This document shows positions 39,930 to 50,313 of a stretch of DNA of 64,000 nucleotides, piece after piece. The translations under genes and the position numbers were made by a program. The notes under the pieces were generated by a model. That model saw only the letters and a list, made by a program, of their open reading frames with translations, had not been told where the DNA came from and searched no databases. Every line of letters starts with the position of its first letter. Position 1 is the stretch's first letter. The DNA comes from an uncultured Candidatus Saccharibacteria bacterium (lineage in GTDB: Bacteria > Patescibacteriota > UBA1384 > CAILIB01 > JAUSJZ01): the NCBI GenBank assembly GCA_964421635.1, contig CAYQWZ010000006.1, positions 165 to 64,164 of the forward strand, written 5' to 3'.

Positions 39930-41346
39930 AGATTATCAGATAAAAATTGGGCTAGAGACTCACATTGAATTGGATACAGAATCAAAGATGTTTTCAGGAG
40001 CCGAAAATAACCCTTTTAATGTTGAGGCTAATTCCAACCTGACCCCGGTTTGTATTGGTATGCCTGGCACCTTGCCCGTACCTAACATTGAAGCTATCAA
40101 AAAAACGGTAGCCTTTGGTTTGGCACTTAACTGTAAAATTCTGACTATCTCAAAGTTTGACCGCAAGCACTACTTTTACCCAGATTTGCCGAAAGGATAC
40201 CAGATTAGTCAGTTTGATCAGCCATTATGCGAGGGTGGCGAAGTAATTTTCGGTGAGCACAAAGTTGGCTTAACCAGAATTCATTTAGAGGAGGATGCAG
40301 GCAAGTTACTTCACTCCAAAGATGGCACTTCAAGAGTTGATCTAAATAGGGCCGGAGTTCCACTGATGGAGATAGTATCAGAGCCTGAAATCACATCGCC
40401 GGCTATGGCTCGCGAGTATTTAAAACAGATGCAGTTAATTGCTCGACATCTGAATGTCTCGCAAGCCGATATGGAGAAAGGGCAGCTACGCTGCGATGCC
40501 AATGTTAGTATTATTTTTGAAGACGGAGGTAAAAAAATTGCTAGCTATATTTCAGAAATCAAAAACCTTAACTCTTTTCGGGTAGTGGAGCGCGCTTTGA
40601 TTTACGAAGCGGAGCGAATTTACAAAGAATTAAAAACAGATAAAAGTACTCGCAAGCGAGATAAAAAAATGACAGTTGGTTGGGACAATAATAAACAACA
40701 GACATATTTACAACGAGATAAAGAAGGATCCGCTGACTATCGTTACTTCCCAGAGCCCGATATTCCACCTTTTAATCCTCACGAATTAGTAGATATTGAG
40801 AAGTTGAAGAAAGAGGTTAAAGCTAGTTTACCGTCTAACCAAGATAGTGAGATGCAAAAAATGGGGCTTCGAGTTGATCAAATTAAAGATATTTTATCGA
40901 GCAAATGGCGCGCTGAAATTTGGCAGAATTATATAGCTATTGATGCAAAAAGAGATAAAGACTTTCATTATAAAGTTGCCAACTTGCTAGTCAATGATGC
41001 AAAAACTGCTAACACAGCTGCTCAATTAGTTGAAGTTGTTGAGGTTATAAAAAAAGTTGAGCTATCGAGCGACAGTGTGGTAATACTTTTAAATGAATTA
41101 GCCAAAAATAGCGAGCTTGAAGTTGAAGAAATAATAGAGCAGAAAAAATTACGACAGCAAAGCGACGAAGGTGAACTAAAAAAAGTTATAATGAAGGTAA
41201 TTGAGACAAACCCAGAACCTGTCAAAGATTTTAAAGCAGGCAAGGAACAATCAATTAAATTCTTAGTCGGCCAAGTTATGAAAGCTACTAAAGGTCAGGC
41301 TAATCCAGAGGTGGCACAGAAATTATTAAGAGCACAGCTTAAATAA
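39922..41346 (+). CDS. gatB: Asp/Glu-tRNA amidotransferase subunit B
   Basis: IGLETH, FDRKHYFYPDLPKGYQISQ, HLEEDAGK and YRYFPEPD; ATG at 39922. Confidence 0.96.
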   Translation: MSKDYQIKIGLETHIELDTESKMFSGAENNPFNVEANSNLTPVCIGMPGTLPVPNIEAIKKTVAFGLALNCKILTISKFDRKHYFYPDLPKGYQISQFDQPLCEGGEVIFGEHKVGLTRIHLEEDAGKLLHSKDGTSRVDLNRAGVPLMEIVSEPEITSPAMAREYLKQMQLIARHLNVSQADMEKGQLRCDANVSIIFEDGGKKIASYISEIKNLNSFRVVERALIYEAERIYKELKTDKSTRKRDKKMTVGWDNNKQQTYLQRDKEGSADYRYFPEPDIPPFNPHELVDIEKLKKEVKASLPSNQDSEMQKMGLRVDQIKDILSSKWRAEIWQNYIAIDAKRDKDFHYKVANLLVNDAKTANTAAQLVEVVEVIKKVELSSDSVVILLNELAKNSELEVEEIIEQKKLRQQSDEGELKKVIMKVIETNPEPVKDFKAGKEQSIKFLVGQVMKATKGQANPEVAQKLLRAQLK

Positions 41347-41351
41347 AAAAA

Positions 41352-41885
41352 ATGGATTATCTAAAGGGGGTAATAAGCGTCATTCCAAAACTGCCAGAAA
41401 TAGTGTTCTTACTATTAATTGGCCTTTTTGGCATTCCTATTTTACTGTGGATTTTCAATAAAACGATGCGCCGACTGAAGATGTCGATGGCAGTTATTGG
41501 AGTCACTGGTCAAATTATTCGCTACATTATGTGGTTGCTAATTTTAATGGCTATACTTTATCAAGCTGGCTTCACTGGTTTAGCAGCTACAGTTTCTGGT
41601 GGTGTGGTGTTGACGGGAGTGGTTTTGTCTCAAGCGTTTAAGAATTTAGTGCAAGATATCGTTTCAGGATTAGCCTTAGCTCGTGACAATGATTTTGAAG
41701 TAGGCTATAAGGTAGAGATTAGTGGTAAATTTAAAGGAGTGGTAAGAAAGATAGGGCTGCGCAAAGTTCGCCTTATTGATGAGCAAGGATACTCGCTGAT
41801 AATTCCCAACAGTACTGTAGAAGAGAATGAATGGCGAGTGCTAGACAGAGAAACAAAATTAAAAACAACTAAGAGAAAGACATGA
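41352..41885 (+). CDS. Short MscS-family protein
   Basis: Three TM helices and a beta domain (FEVGYKVEI...GVVRKIGLR...IPNS). Confidence 0.8.
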   Translation: MDYLKGVISVIPKLPEIVFLLLIGLFGIPILLWIFNKTMRRLKMSMAVIGVTGQIIRYIMWLLILMAILYQAGFTGLAATVSGGVVLTGVVLSQAFKNLVQDIVSGLALARDNDFEVGYKVEISGKFKGVVRKIGLRKVRLIDEQGYSLIIPNSTVEENEWRVLDRETKLKTTKRKT

Positions 41886-42157
41886 ATGATGTAATTAGAC
41901 TAACAATTTTAGAGGTATTATATTTAGTGCTAATTGTTTCAGTCTCAACCCTAACTATTTATATTGTTGTTACCCTAGCGAAAGCTAACGATGTTTTACG
42001 AAATTTGAAGAGAGTTAGTCAGGTGGCAGCTGGAATGGCTGAGGGTGTAGATGAAGTTAAAGCAAAAGCGGTTAGCACTATTAATGCAGCTGCAGATAGC
42101 TTAATTGAAAGATGGGGTGACAAGAAAGGGAAAAAGGTTGACGTAGACGAAGAATAA
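41882..42157 (+). CDS. Small membrane protein
   Basis: Single TM followed by a coiled coil; overlaps the previous stop. Confidence 0.6.
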   Translation: MNDVIRLTILEVLYLVLIVSVSTLTIYIVVTLAKANDVLRNLKRVSQVAAGMAEGVDEVKAKAVSTINAAADSLIERWGDKKGKKVDVDEE

Positions 42158-42173
42158 GAATTACTATTGGAAT

Positions 42174-43370
42174 ATGCCAACATTGACTAATTTGCTTGGG
42201 GACAAGAATAATCGACGAGGGCGGGTCAAAACCATTGGCTTTGCTGTTTTTATGTCAGCTATCATTTTGGTAATTGGAATGCTGGGTGGCGTTTGGGGCT
42301 TTTTAATTTTGTCCAACACTGAGAACGATTCTATTCAAAACTTTCGTCGAAGCATTGGGTTAGCAGATAATCCTACTATTCCTTCAATTCAGGCCATTCA
42401 TATTGACGAGTCTTCGGGTATTATTGATGCCGTTGAGAAGATCAGCCCATCTGTGGTTTCGGTAGCCACTACCATTAAATTCCAAGATTTCTTCGGTTTT
42501 GTTGGTGAAAATGAAGGTGGTGGTTCAGGAATAATTTTTAGTTCAGATGGCTATATTTTGACCAACAAGCATGTAGTAGAAGGATTCGATGAGGTGTCTG
42601 TAATTTTAAACAACGGAGAAGAATATGAGGCTACCGTGGTGTCGCTTGACCCTTTGAGTGATCTAGCGGTTTTGAAGATTGAAGCTAAAGATTTGCCCGT
42701 AGTTGAGCTTGGTAATTCAGACGAGTTAAAGATTGGCCAAAGAGTAATTGCGGTTGGTAATGCTTTTGGAGAGTTTAAAAATACTGTGACTGCTGGTGTT
42801 GTTTCGGCCAAAGATAGAACTTTATCGTCTGAATTGACTGGTAGTGATCAGCTGACTCGTTTAATTCAAACAGACGCCGCTATTAATCCTGGCAATTCAG
42901 GTGGTCCGCTAGTAGATTTAAGTGGGCGAGTAGTTGGTATTAATACCGTTATTGCCACAACTTCCGGTTCAAGTTCAGGTGTCGGTTTTTCAATCCCTGT
43001 CAATTCATTCAAGAGTGTAGTTGAGAGCGTTAAAGAGTACGGAAAAATTATTCGTCCAGTTTTGGGTATTCGCTACATTACAATTAGCAAAGCTTTGGCT
43101 GAGCGAAATAGTTTGGCAGTTCAGTACGGTGCCTTAATCTCTCATGGTGAAACTGCAGCTGCGGTAGCTGTAGCACCGGGCTCTCCAGCCGCTAAGGCCG
43201 GCCTAAAAGAAGGAGACATTATTCTATCAATTAACGGTGAAAATATTACTATAGATAATCAGTTGTCACCAATTATTGCTCAGTATCAGGTGGGAGACAG
43301 CGTGGAGTTAGAAGTTTTTAAAAACGGAAAGAGAGATAAAATTAAAGTTACTCTGGAAGAACTAAAATAG
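42174..43370 (+). CDS. htrA: HtrA/DegP-like serine protease with PDZ domain
   Basis: TNKHV, DLAV and QTDAAINPGNSGGPL, followed by a PDZ domain. Confidence 0.93.
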   Translation: MPTLTNLLGDKNNRRGRVKTIGFAVFMSAIILVIGMLGGVWGFLILSNTENDSIQNFRRSIGLADNPTIPSIQAIHIDESSGIIDAVEKISPSVVSVATTIKFQDFFGFVGENEGGGSGIIFSSDGYILTNKHVVEGFDEVSVILNNGEEYEATVVSLDPLSDLAVLKIEAKDLPVVELGNSDELKIGQRVIAVGNAFGEFKNTVTAGVVSAKDRTLSSELTGSDQLTRLIQTDAAINPGNSGGPLVDLSGRVVGINTVIATTSGSSSGVGFSIPVNSFKSVVESVKEYGKIIRPVLGIRYITISKALAERNSLAVQYGALISHGETAAAVAVAPGSPAAKAGLKEGDIILSINGENITIDNQLSPIIAQYQVGDSVELEVFKNGKRDKIKVTLEELK

Positions 43371-43390
43371 TTTGGTTACCCCAATTGTTT

Positions 43391-43447
43391 TGATATACTA
43401 ATAAGGGCTCTGAAATAGAGCATTCCCTAAAACAGTTAGGGTTTTTT
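43391..43447 (+). promoter_or_regulatory. pyrG promoter and leader attenuator
   Basis: TG-A-TATACT, then GGGCTC at 43405, then the terminator ccctaa-aacag-ttaggg-T6 just before the ATG. Confidence 0.65.
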
Positions 43448-43453
43448 ATATAA

Positions 43454-45199
43454 ATGCCAAAAAATAAAAAGTTAAATACAAAATATATTTTTGTTACGGG
43501 GGGTGTCCTTTCTGGCCTAGGAAAAGGCATCACCGCTGCTTCTATTGGTAATATCCTCTCTCGTCGAGGATTTTCTGTTTTTATGCAGAAGTTTGACCAA
43601 TACTTGAATGTTGATGCTGGCACGCTAAACCCAAATGAACATGGTGAGGTTTTCGTTACAGATGACGGTGCCGAAGCAGATTTAGATTTAGGTCACTACG
43701 AGCGTTTTATAGATGTCAATATGACAAAAGAGAGTTCTGTAATGAGTGGTCAAATTTACGAGACAGTTCTAGAGAACGAACGCCGAGGAGACTATTTGGG
43801 CAAAACTATCCAATTCATTCCGCATGTGGTGCCTGAGGTGAAAAAACATATTACCAATGCTGCTTTGAAAATTCAACCAGATGTACTAATTACTGAAATT
43901 GGAGGGACAGTTGGTGATTACGAAGGATTACACTTTGTCGAAGCCATCCGTCAGTTTCAGATGGATGTCGGCAAAGAGAATGTTTTGTATGTTCATGTTG
44001 GTTTTTTACCGTATCTTCGGGTGACCGAAGAAGTTAAAACGAAGCCGTTACAAAACTCTATAAATGACTTACGCAAGTTTGGTATTCAGCCAGACATTGT
44101 GGTGGCTCGCTGTGATTATGATGTGCCGCCATCGGCCTTAAGAAAAATTGCCTTGTTTGGTGGACTAAAAGAGCAGGCAGTGGTTCCTTTAACTACAGTT
44201 AAAAGTGTGTATGCTGTGCCTTTAATGTTAGAAGAATACGGAGTGGACAAGTTAGTCATTTCTGAGCTATCGTTGCCTAATAAACGGCTGAAGAATGGTG
44301 GTTGGAAAAAACTAGTTAATACAATATTTGATGTTGAAGAGCTTGAAGATAAATATAGTGTAACGGTGGCATTAGTAGGCAAGTATATGGAGATGAAAGA
44401 CACCTATATCTCTATCACAGAAGCTATTAAGGCAGCTTCTTGGAGTGAAAAAGTAAAGGTTAATCAGATATGGATTGAAGCAGAAGATTTAGAGAAGCTA
44501 GGACCCAGAAAGATGAATCAAATTTTTCGTAATGTTGACGCGGTGGTAGTGCCAGGCGGTTTTGGCACGCGCGGAGTTGAAGGAATTATTTTAGCGGCTA
44601 ATTACGCGCGGCGAAAGAAAATTCCATATTTAGGTTTATGTTACGGTTTACAATTAGGAATAATATCTTTTGCACGAAGTGTATGTAAACTTAAAGATTC
44701 ACACACAACAGAAGTTAAGAAAAAGTGTGAACATAAAGTAATAGATATATTACCAGATCAAGATTTAAAAAAGTTGGGCGGCACTATGCGGCTTGGCTCT
44801 TATCCGGCGTATTTACGACAAGACAGCCAAATTGCGAAGCTTTATAGTGAGCTAAGACCAAATGAAGTAAAACAAGTTAGCAAAAAGAATAAGAAAGAGT
44901 ACGGATGGCCAGATGGTGAAGATCTAATTGAAATTTCAGAACGGCATCGACATCGCTATGAAGTTAATCCTCATTATCATAATCGCTTGAGTATTAAGGG
45001 AATGAATTTTGTTGGCAAATCGCCTGACGGCACACTAGTTGAGTTTTTTGAATTAAATAAAAAAATGCACCCATATTATGTGGGTACCCAAGCTCATCCT
45101 GAGTTACGCTCGCGCCCTAATAGACCGCATCCTTTATTTGTCGGATTAGTAAGAGCGGCAATTGCCAAGGCTAATGTAAAAAGTCCTCTAAAGAGATAA
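43454..45199 (+). CDS. pyrG: CTP synthase
   Basis: GGVLSGLGKG, HGEVFV, KTKPLQ, GLCYG, ERHRHRYE and QAHPE. Confidence 0.97.
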   Translation: MPKNKKLNTKYIFVTGGVLSGLGKGITAASIGNILSRRGFSVFMQKFDQYLNVDAGTLNPNEHGEVFVTDDGAEADLDLGHYERFIDVNMTKESSVMSGQIYETVLENERRGDYLGKTIQFIPHVVPEVKKHITNAALKIQPDVLITEIGGTVGDYEGLHFVEAIRQFQMDVGKENVLYVHVGFLPYLRVTEEVKTKPLQNSINDLRKFGIQPDIVVARCDYDVPPSALRKIALFGGLKEQAVVPLTTVKSVYAVPLMLEEYGVDKLVISELSLPNKRLKNGGWKKLVNTIFDVEELEDKYSVTVALVGKYMEMKDTYISITEAIKAASWSEKVKVNQIWIEAEDLEKLGPRKMNQIFRNVDAVVVPGGFGTRGVEGIILAANYARRKKIPYLGLCYGLQLGIISFARSVCKLKDSHTTEVKKKCEHKVIDILPDQDLKKLGGTMRLGSYPAYLRQDSQIAKLYSELRPNEVKQVSKKNKKEYGWPDGEDLIEISERHRHRYEVNPHYHNRLSIKGMNFVGKSPDGTLVEFFELNKKMHPYYVGTQAHPELRSRPNRPHPLFVGLVRAAIAKANVKSPLKR

Positions 45200-46046
45200 G
45201 TAGATATCTGTTTTTACCAGAAAAATCTTGGTATGAAAATGTATGAACTTTAGGATTGAGTTTTTTAGCTAAGCTAGTTAGCGTTTCGGCTTGGTTGTCG
45301 CCGTGTTCAAGTAGTACCTTTGGGGCTGGCGCTTCGTGAATGAATTGAGCAATAAACTCTTCAATAATTTCTGTTCCTTTCTCTCCACCTAGCAGAGCGG
45401 TGGAAGGTTCCTGTTGCAGTTCAACGCTTTGATCAGATTTTGTCAGCCACTCTCGTTCCACATAGGGCAGGTTAGCCACAATTAGGTCAAACTTTTCCGT
45501 TTCGCCTTCAAGTAAATTCTGTTCTTTAAATTTTATGCGATTATCGACATCGTGTTTTGAGGCGTTTTTTTTGGCAATAATCAAAGCATCAGCTGAGATA
45601 TCGGTGGCAGTAATTTGGCTGTCGGAAAGTTCGAGTGCTAGGGTAATAGCAATTACGCCCGAGCCCGTACCGACATCTAAAATTTTTGGCTGCTTAATAT
45701 TTTTAACAATTGTTTTGGCGTGATTTATTAATCCTTCTGTTTCGGGACGAGGAATTAAGGTGTTAGAAGTAACAATAAAAGGGCGGCCAAAAAATTCTTT
45801 CTGACCTTCTAAGTAGGCGAAGGGCTCACCGTTCTTGCGGCGCTCAATTAAATTAGTGACAGATTTAATTTGCCACGGTGTCAGCAGGCGGTTAGGATTA
45901 GCCAAAATATCTAGTCGATCTTTGTTTAGGCTTAAAGCTAAAATCAGTTCAGCCTCAAATTTAGGATTAGAAACATGAGCCAGATTTGACTCAATAAACT
46001 TGAGCGTATTATTTACTGTCGGTTGATTCTCCTCCACCTTTGGCAA
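45171..46046 (-). CDS. prmC: Release factor glutamine methyltransferase
   Basis: [21 protein letters not shown] and ANLPY. Confidence 0.93.
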   Translation of the reverse strand: MPKVEENQPTVNNTLKFIESNLAHVSNPKFEAELILALSLNKDRLDILANPNRLLTPWQIKSVTNLIERRKNGEPFAYLEGQKEFFGRPFIVTSNTLIPRPETEGLINHAKTIVKNIKQPKILDVGTGSGVIAITLALELSDSQITATDISADALIIAKKNASKHDVDNRIKFKEQNLLEGETEKFDLIVANLPYVEREWLTKSDQSVELQQEPSTALLGGEKGTEIIEEFIAQFIHEAPAPKVLLEHGDNQAETLTSLAKKLNPKVHTFSYQDFSGKNRYLLISLEDFLH

Positions 46047-47085
46047 AATTCTTTAAAGCTTTAGTTATCTCTTCAATGTTCCCGTCTAAAATATCTTTTA
46101 AGTTATTCCAGCTCTTTTTTATTCTATGGTCTGTGACTCTGTCTTGGGGGAAGTTGTAGGTACGAATTTTTTCTGAGCGATCGCCTGTTTTTATCATCTC
46201 TTTGCGGGCGGATCCTTCTGCTTCGTGCCGTTTTTCATCTTCATTGGCTTTAATGCGGCTGGCTAAAATTTTCATCGCCTTATCTTTATTTTTGTGTTGG
46301 CTTTTTTCATCTTGCATAACTACTACTGTACCCGTAGGAATATGAGTGATGCGGACGGCTGAGTCGGTAGTGTTGACGCTCTGGCCGCCGGGGCCACTGG
46401 AGCGAAAGACATCAATTTTTAAATCGTTGTTATTTATTTCAACTTCTTTTACATCTGTCTCAGGGAAGACAGCCACAGATGCAGCAGAGGTGTGTATGCG
46501 CCCTTGTTTCTCTGTTTCGGGTACTCGTTGTACTCGGTGTACGCCCGACTCAAATTTAAAGATTCCATAGGCTCCTTTAGCTTTAACGGTAAAGATAGCA
46601 TCTTTAATGCCGCCCAAGTCTGAGCGAGAGATATTGCCTGTCTCTACGAACCACTCTTTTCTTTCAGCGAATCTAGAATACATGCGTACCAAATCAGCGG
46701 CGAAAAGTTCTGCTTCGCCACCACCTGTGCCGGCCCGAACTTCAATAATGGCGTTTTTTGTGTCATTGGGGTCAGAAGGATTCAAAATTTCTTCTAAATC
46801 ATCATTCAGTTTCTGAAAACTCTTTTCTGCTTTTTGCATCTCTTCCGCAGCCATATCTCTCATCTGTTCATCTTCAGAGTCGAGCAGCTCCTTTGATTCA
46901 CTAATCTTCTTTTGCCAAGAGATAGCTTGCACTAACTTCTCTTTTAGCGATTGCAACTCACTATTTTTTTGTCCTAACTCTTTAAGCTTATCTGGGTTAG
47001 AAGTATTTTCAGATAACTGTAAATCAGCCGCTATTTGTGCGACCTCCGCTTCGACATTCCCGAGTTCTTTATTAAAATCAATCAC
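46009..47085 (-). CDS. prfA: Peptide chain release factor 1
   Basis: GGQ motif, PET tripeptide (RVPETE) and RTYNFPQDR. Confidence 0.96.
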   Translation of the reverse strand: MIDFNKELGNVEAEVAQIAADLQLSENTSNPDKLKELGQKNSELQSLKEKLVQAISWQKKISESKELLDSEDEQMRDMAAEEMQKAEKSFQKLNDDLEEILNPSDPNDTKNAIIEVRAGTGGGEAELFAADLVRMYSRFAERKEWFVETGNISRSDLGGIKDAIFTVKAKGAYGIFKFESGVHRVQRVPETEKQGRIHTSAASVAVFPETDVKEVEINNNDLKIDVFRSSGPGGQSVNTTDSAVRITHIPTGTVVVMQDEKSQHKNKDKAMKILASRIKANEDEKRHEAEGSARKEMIKTGDRSEKIRTYNFPQDRVTDHRIKKSWNNLKDILDGNIEEITKALKNFAKGGGESTDSK

Positions 47086-47121
47086 AACTAAACCGTAGCA
47101 AGAATAACAGTTAGCTTCTAG

Positions 47122-47421
47122 TTAATTATCTTTTTGACCGAGTTTCTGAGCTTTTGGCTGCTCTTTTTTGGTATCCTTTTCTTCTTTCTTTTCGGCTGGT
47201 TTTCCCTGCCTCATTTGTTCAGTTTTAGCTTGGCGTTCTTTGAATTTATCGACGCGGCCAGCGGTGTCAATTAAGTTCTGTTTACCCGTATAAAAAGGAT
47301 GACATTGGCTGCATACTTCAAGTTCAATATTTTTATCTAAGGTTGATTCAATATCAAAGCTAGCGCCGCAGGCACACTTAGCTTTAATGATTTGAGTTTT
47401 AGGATGAATTCCTTCTTTCAT
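47122..47421 (-). CDS. rpmE: 50S ribosomal protein L31 (Zn-binding type, C-terminal extension)
   Basis: MKEGIHP, CACG, CSQCHPFYTG and GRVDKF. Confidence 0.96.
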   Translation of the reverse strand: MKEGIHPKTQIIKAKCACGASFDIESTLDKNIELEVCSQCHPFYTGKQNLIDTAGRVDKFKERQAKTEQMRQGKPAEKKEEKDTKKEQPKAQKLGQKDN

Positions 47422-47494
47422 TACTGAAATAACTTACCATAATGCTTGCTTTTAGTCAAAGGTTTTGCTAAATTACTTTAGTAACAAGTAAATA

Positions 47495-47574
47495 AACACG
47501 CGCCGACAAAACCTCCTGCCCAATAAGTCTTGCGAGATTTATTGAGGGTTTGAGCGCGGAAGACCAAGGAGCAT
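47495..47574 (+). promoter_or_regulatory. Structured rpsB 5' leader
   Basis: Outer cgcgc/gcgcg stem around a 10-bp inner hairpin, caataagtct-tgcg-agatttattg. Confidence 0.55.
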
Positions 47575-48324
47575 ATGAGTAAAAAAACCAATATTTCAAT
47601 TGAAGATTTAATGAATGCTGGATGTCATTTTGGACACACAAAAGCACGCTGGCAGCCAAAGATGAAACCTTTCATTTATTTGACTAGAGAGCGAGTGCAA
47701 ATTTTAAATTTAGAAAAAACCAAGGAAAAGCTAGATAGCCTATTACAAGTGGTTGAAGATTTTGTAGCTGAGGGTAAAACCTTAGTTTTGGTTGGTACAA
47801 AAAGACAGGCCCAAGATATTGTTGAGGCCATTGGTAAAAAAACGGGAATGCCTTATGTTGTTAAGCGCTGGTTGGGTGGTACTATGACCAACTTTGAAAC
47901 TATGAAAAATAGCATCAAGAAGATGAACGAAACAGAAAAGTTTCTAGATTCAGACGATGCGCAAAAAATTACTAAGCGCGAGCGCTTAACCATGCATCGC
48001 GAATTAGTGCGCATGAACGATAAATTTGGAGGATTAAAAGATATCAGAGAAATACCCCAAGGTCTATTTTTAATTGATCCTTCTTACGAAAAGAATGCTT
48101 TGAAAGAAGCTCGTCAAATGGGAATAAAAGTTTTCGCTTTGCTAGATACAAACTCTAATCCTAATTCAGTTGATGAATTTGTACCAGCCAATGACGACGC
48201 AGCTAAAAGTATAATGATTATAATGAACGAAATTCAAGGAGCTATTGAACGAGGGAAGAAAAGAGCTGCAGTTCGTAGCAATGTAGTCAAGCCAGAAAAA
48301 AAAGAAACTAAGTCAAAAAAATGA
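47575..48324 (+). CDS. rpsB: 30S ribosomal protein S2
   Basis: AGCHFGH, WQPKM, RWLGGTMTN, DTN and PANDD. Confidence 0.96.
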   Translation: MSKKTNISIEDLMNAGCHFGHTKARWQPKMKPFIYLTRERVQILNLEKTKEKLDSLLQVVEDFVAEGKTLVLVGTKRQAQDIVEAIGKKTGMPYVVKRWLGGTMTNFETMKNSIKKMNETEKFLDSDDAQKITKRERLTMHRELVRMNDKFGGLKDIREIPQGLFLIDPSYEKNALKEARQMGIKVFALLDTNSNPNSVDEFVPANDDAAKSIMIIMNEIQGAIERGKKRAAVRSNVVKPEKKETKSKK

Positions 48325-48773
48325 ATAAAGACTTGTTAATCGAAATTAGAAAAGAGACGGGTCACTCAGTGATGGAAATTAAGAAAGCCTTGGAAGAGAC
48401 CAAGGGTGACAAGGCCAAAGCATTAGAAATTTTAAAGAAGCGCGGGGCTGAGGTGATGGCCAAGAAAGAAGATCGAGAAGTTAAAGGCGGCTACATTGAC
48501 GCTTACTCTCACAATGGCCAAGTGGCTGTATTAGTTGAGGTGCAATGCGAAACTGACTTTGTAGCTAAAAATCCTGATTTTCAAGCTTTCGTGCACGATA
48601 TCGCTTTGCAGGTTTCTTCAATGAATCCTAAAAATATTAAAGAGTTATTGGCTCAACCATTTGTTAAAGATGACAAACAGACAATTGAACAGTTACTTGG
48701 TGAGATGACGGCCAAAATTGGAGAGAAGCTAGTTATTTCAAGATTTGAACGAATGCAAATTGGGGAGAAGTAG
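48321..48773 (+). CDS. tsf: Elongation factor Ts (short form)
   Basis: CETDFVA motif; 150 aa. Confidence 0.93.
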   Translation: MNKDLLIEIRKETGHSVMEIKKALEETKGDKAKALEILKKRGAEVMAKKEDREVKGGYIDAYSHNGQVAVLVEVQCETDFVAKNPDFQAFVHDIALQVSSMNPKNIKELLAQPFVKDDKQTIEQLLGEMTAKIGEKLVISRFERMQIGEK

Positions 48774-48863
48774 CCAGCTAATAACACCTATTCCAGGTTA
48801 GTTATTACATATGACATACTGTTAAAGTTGTGTTAATGCAACATTTGATACATTATTAAAGTA

Positions 48864-49229
48864 ATGAAGAATACAAAAAGAAAAGGCATATTAAGGTTTT
48901 TTACATATTACGATTCAAAAGATAGAGAATATGTAGGTTTTTGTATTGAACTTGGAATAATAAAAACTGGCAAAGATCTAAACGAGGTTAAGAAAGATCT
49001 TATTAATGCATCTATTGGTTATGTAGGGGTAGTAAAAAAAGAAAAAATGCCAGATAAGTTACTGAATCAAAAACCACCAAGTCAGTATATGGATCTATTC
49101 AATAAATATCAGTTAGTTATGAACTCTGATAGAAGGATTCGTCAAGGGACTAATCTAAGGGATTCTATTAGTGCAGATAGAGTTGATACTTTTGTGAGAG
49201 ATCTTGGTTCGTTATGCCCCGCAATCTAA
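48864..49229 (+). CDS. HicB-like antitoxin
   Basis: EYVGFCIELGIIKTGKDLNEVKKDL partial RNase H-like fold; AT-rich. Confidence 0.6.
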   Translation: MKNTKRKGILRFFTYYDSKDREYVGFCIELGIIKTGKDLNEVKKDLINASIGYVGVVKKEKMPDKLLNQKPPSQYMDLFNKYQLVMNSDRRIRQGTNLRDSISADRVDTFVRDLGSLCPAI

Positions 49230-49513
49230 GAAACTGGAACTATAATGATATTGTTGCTTTTTTAAAGCAACATTTTTTCGTGGAGATATATTCAAATGCA
49301 GGTTCCCATCAATATTTTAAAGGCTATGTAGATCAAGTAAAAAAATTAGTTGAAGTGCAAAAACATGGAAGTAAATCCATTAGTATCAAAAGTCTTCAGC
49401 ATGACATCATTCCCAAATCTGGAATACCCGAAAGTATTTGGAAGAAATGGGCAAATGCAGGGAATAAAAAAACAAGAAAAAAGATTCAATATTTAGGTGC
49501 TATGTCTGAATAA
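49214..49513 (+). CDS. HicA-like toxin
   Basis: GSH motif, VEVQKH and I..SGI; overlaps the hicB-like gene. Confidence 0.65.
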   Translation: MPRNLRNWNYNDIVAFLKQHFFVEIYSNAGSHQYFKGYVDQVKKLVEVQKHGSKSISIKSLQHDIIPKSGIPESIWKKWANAGNKKTRKKIQYLGAMSE

Positions 49514-49570
49514 TTGATGTGGTTTTTTGTTGCCAATCTGGTTATACTATAAAAAAGTAAAAACGAATTT

Positions 49571-50128
49571 GTGCAAGATATTATAAAAAAAACAGAAGAG
49601 AATTTTAAAGAAACCCTACATTTTTTCGCCGATCGCCTAAAAACGGTGCGAACAGGAAGAGCTAATCCTCAGCTAGTTGAGAATATTAGTGTCAATTATT
49701 ACGGTCAACCAACGCCCCTTATGCACATGGCATCAATCTCTGTTCCCGAGCCAACCGTTATTGCTATTAAACCTTTTGACGCTAACGCTATGGACGACAT
49801 TGTACTAGCCCTAACCAATGCTAAAGATTTAGGATTAACTCCAAACAATGATGGGCAAGTGGTGCGACTTAAATTGCCAGACCTGACAGCTGAGCGCCGA
49901 GAACAGTTAAACAAACAACTGAATCAAATGGCTGAAGAGGCGCGCATTGCCATGAGAAATATTCGTGAAGATACTTGGAAATCCATTCAGCACAAACAAA
50001 AAAATGGTGACCTCACTGAAGATGATAGAGAAATGGGGCGCAAGAAGTTAGATGAGTTAATTGAGGTGTATAATCAAAAGGTAGCTGACCTCTTAGCTAC
50101 CAAAGAAAAAGAAATTTCAGATATATGA
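49571..50128 (+). CDS. frr: Ribosome recycling factor
   Basis: RTGRANP, YYG.PTPL, PNNDG and LTAERR. Confidence 0.95.
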   Translation: MQDIIKKTEENFKETLHFFADRLKTVRTGRANPQLVENISVNYYGQPTPLMHMASISVPEPTVIAIKPFDANAMDDIVLALTNAKDLGLTPNNDGQVVRLKLPDLTAERREQLNKQLNQMAEEARIAMRNIREDTWKSIQHKQKNGDLTEDDREMGRKKLDELIEVYNQKVADLLATKEKEISDI

Positions 50129-50313
50129 GTTTATTTTGGCCGGCAGTAATATTTATTCTGGTTTTCGCCGTACTGTTTAAGTTGTTTAAAGGATTAGCAG
50201 TTTCACTTCTTTTGTTTTTGGTTATAGAGATAATTTTGATAATAATTAAGCCAGAAATTTTAACATTATTAGCAGATATTGCGGTTAAAGCGCGAGGTTT
50301 ACTGGGTTCATAA
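50125..50313 (+). CDS. Small membrane protein
   Basis: 62-aa hydrophobic ORF overlapping both the frr stop and the rseP start. Confidence 0.6.
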   Translation: MSLFWPAVIFILVFAVLFKLFKGLAVSLLLFLVIEIILIIIKPEILTLLADIAVKARGLLGS

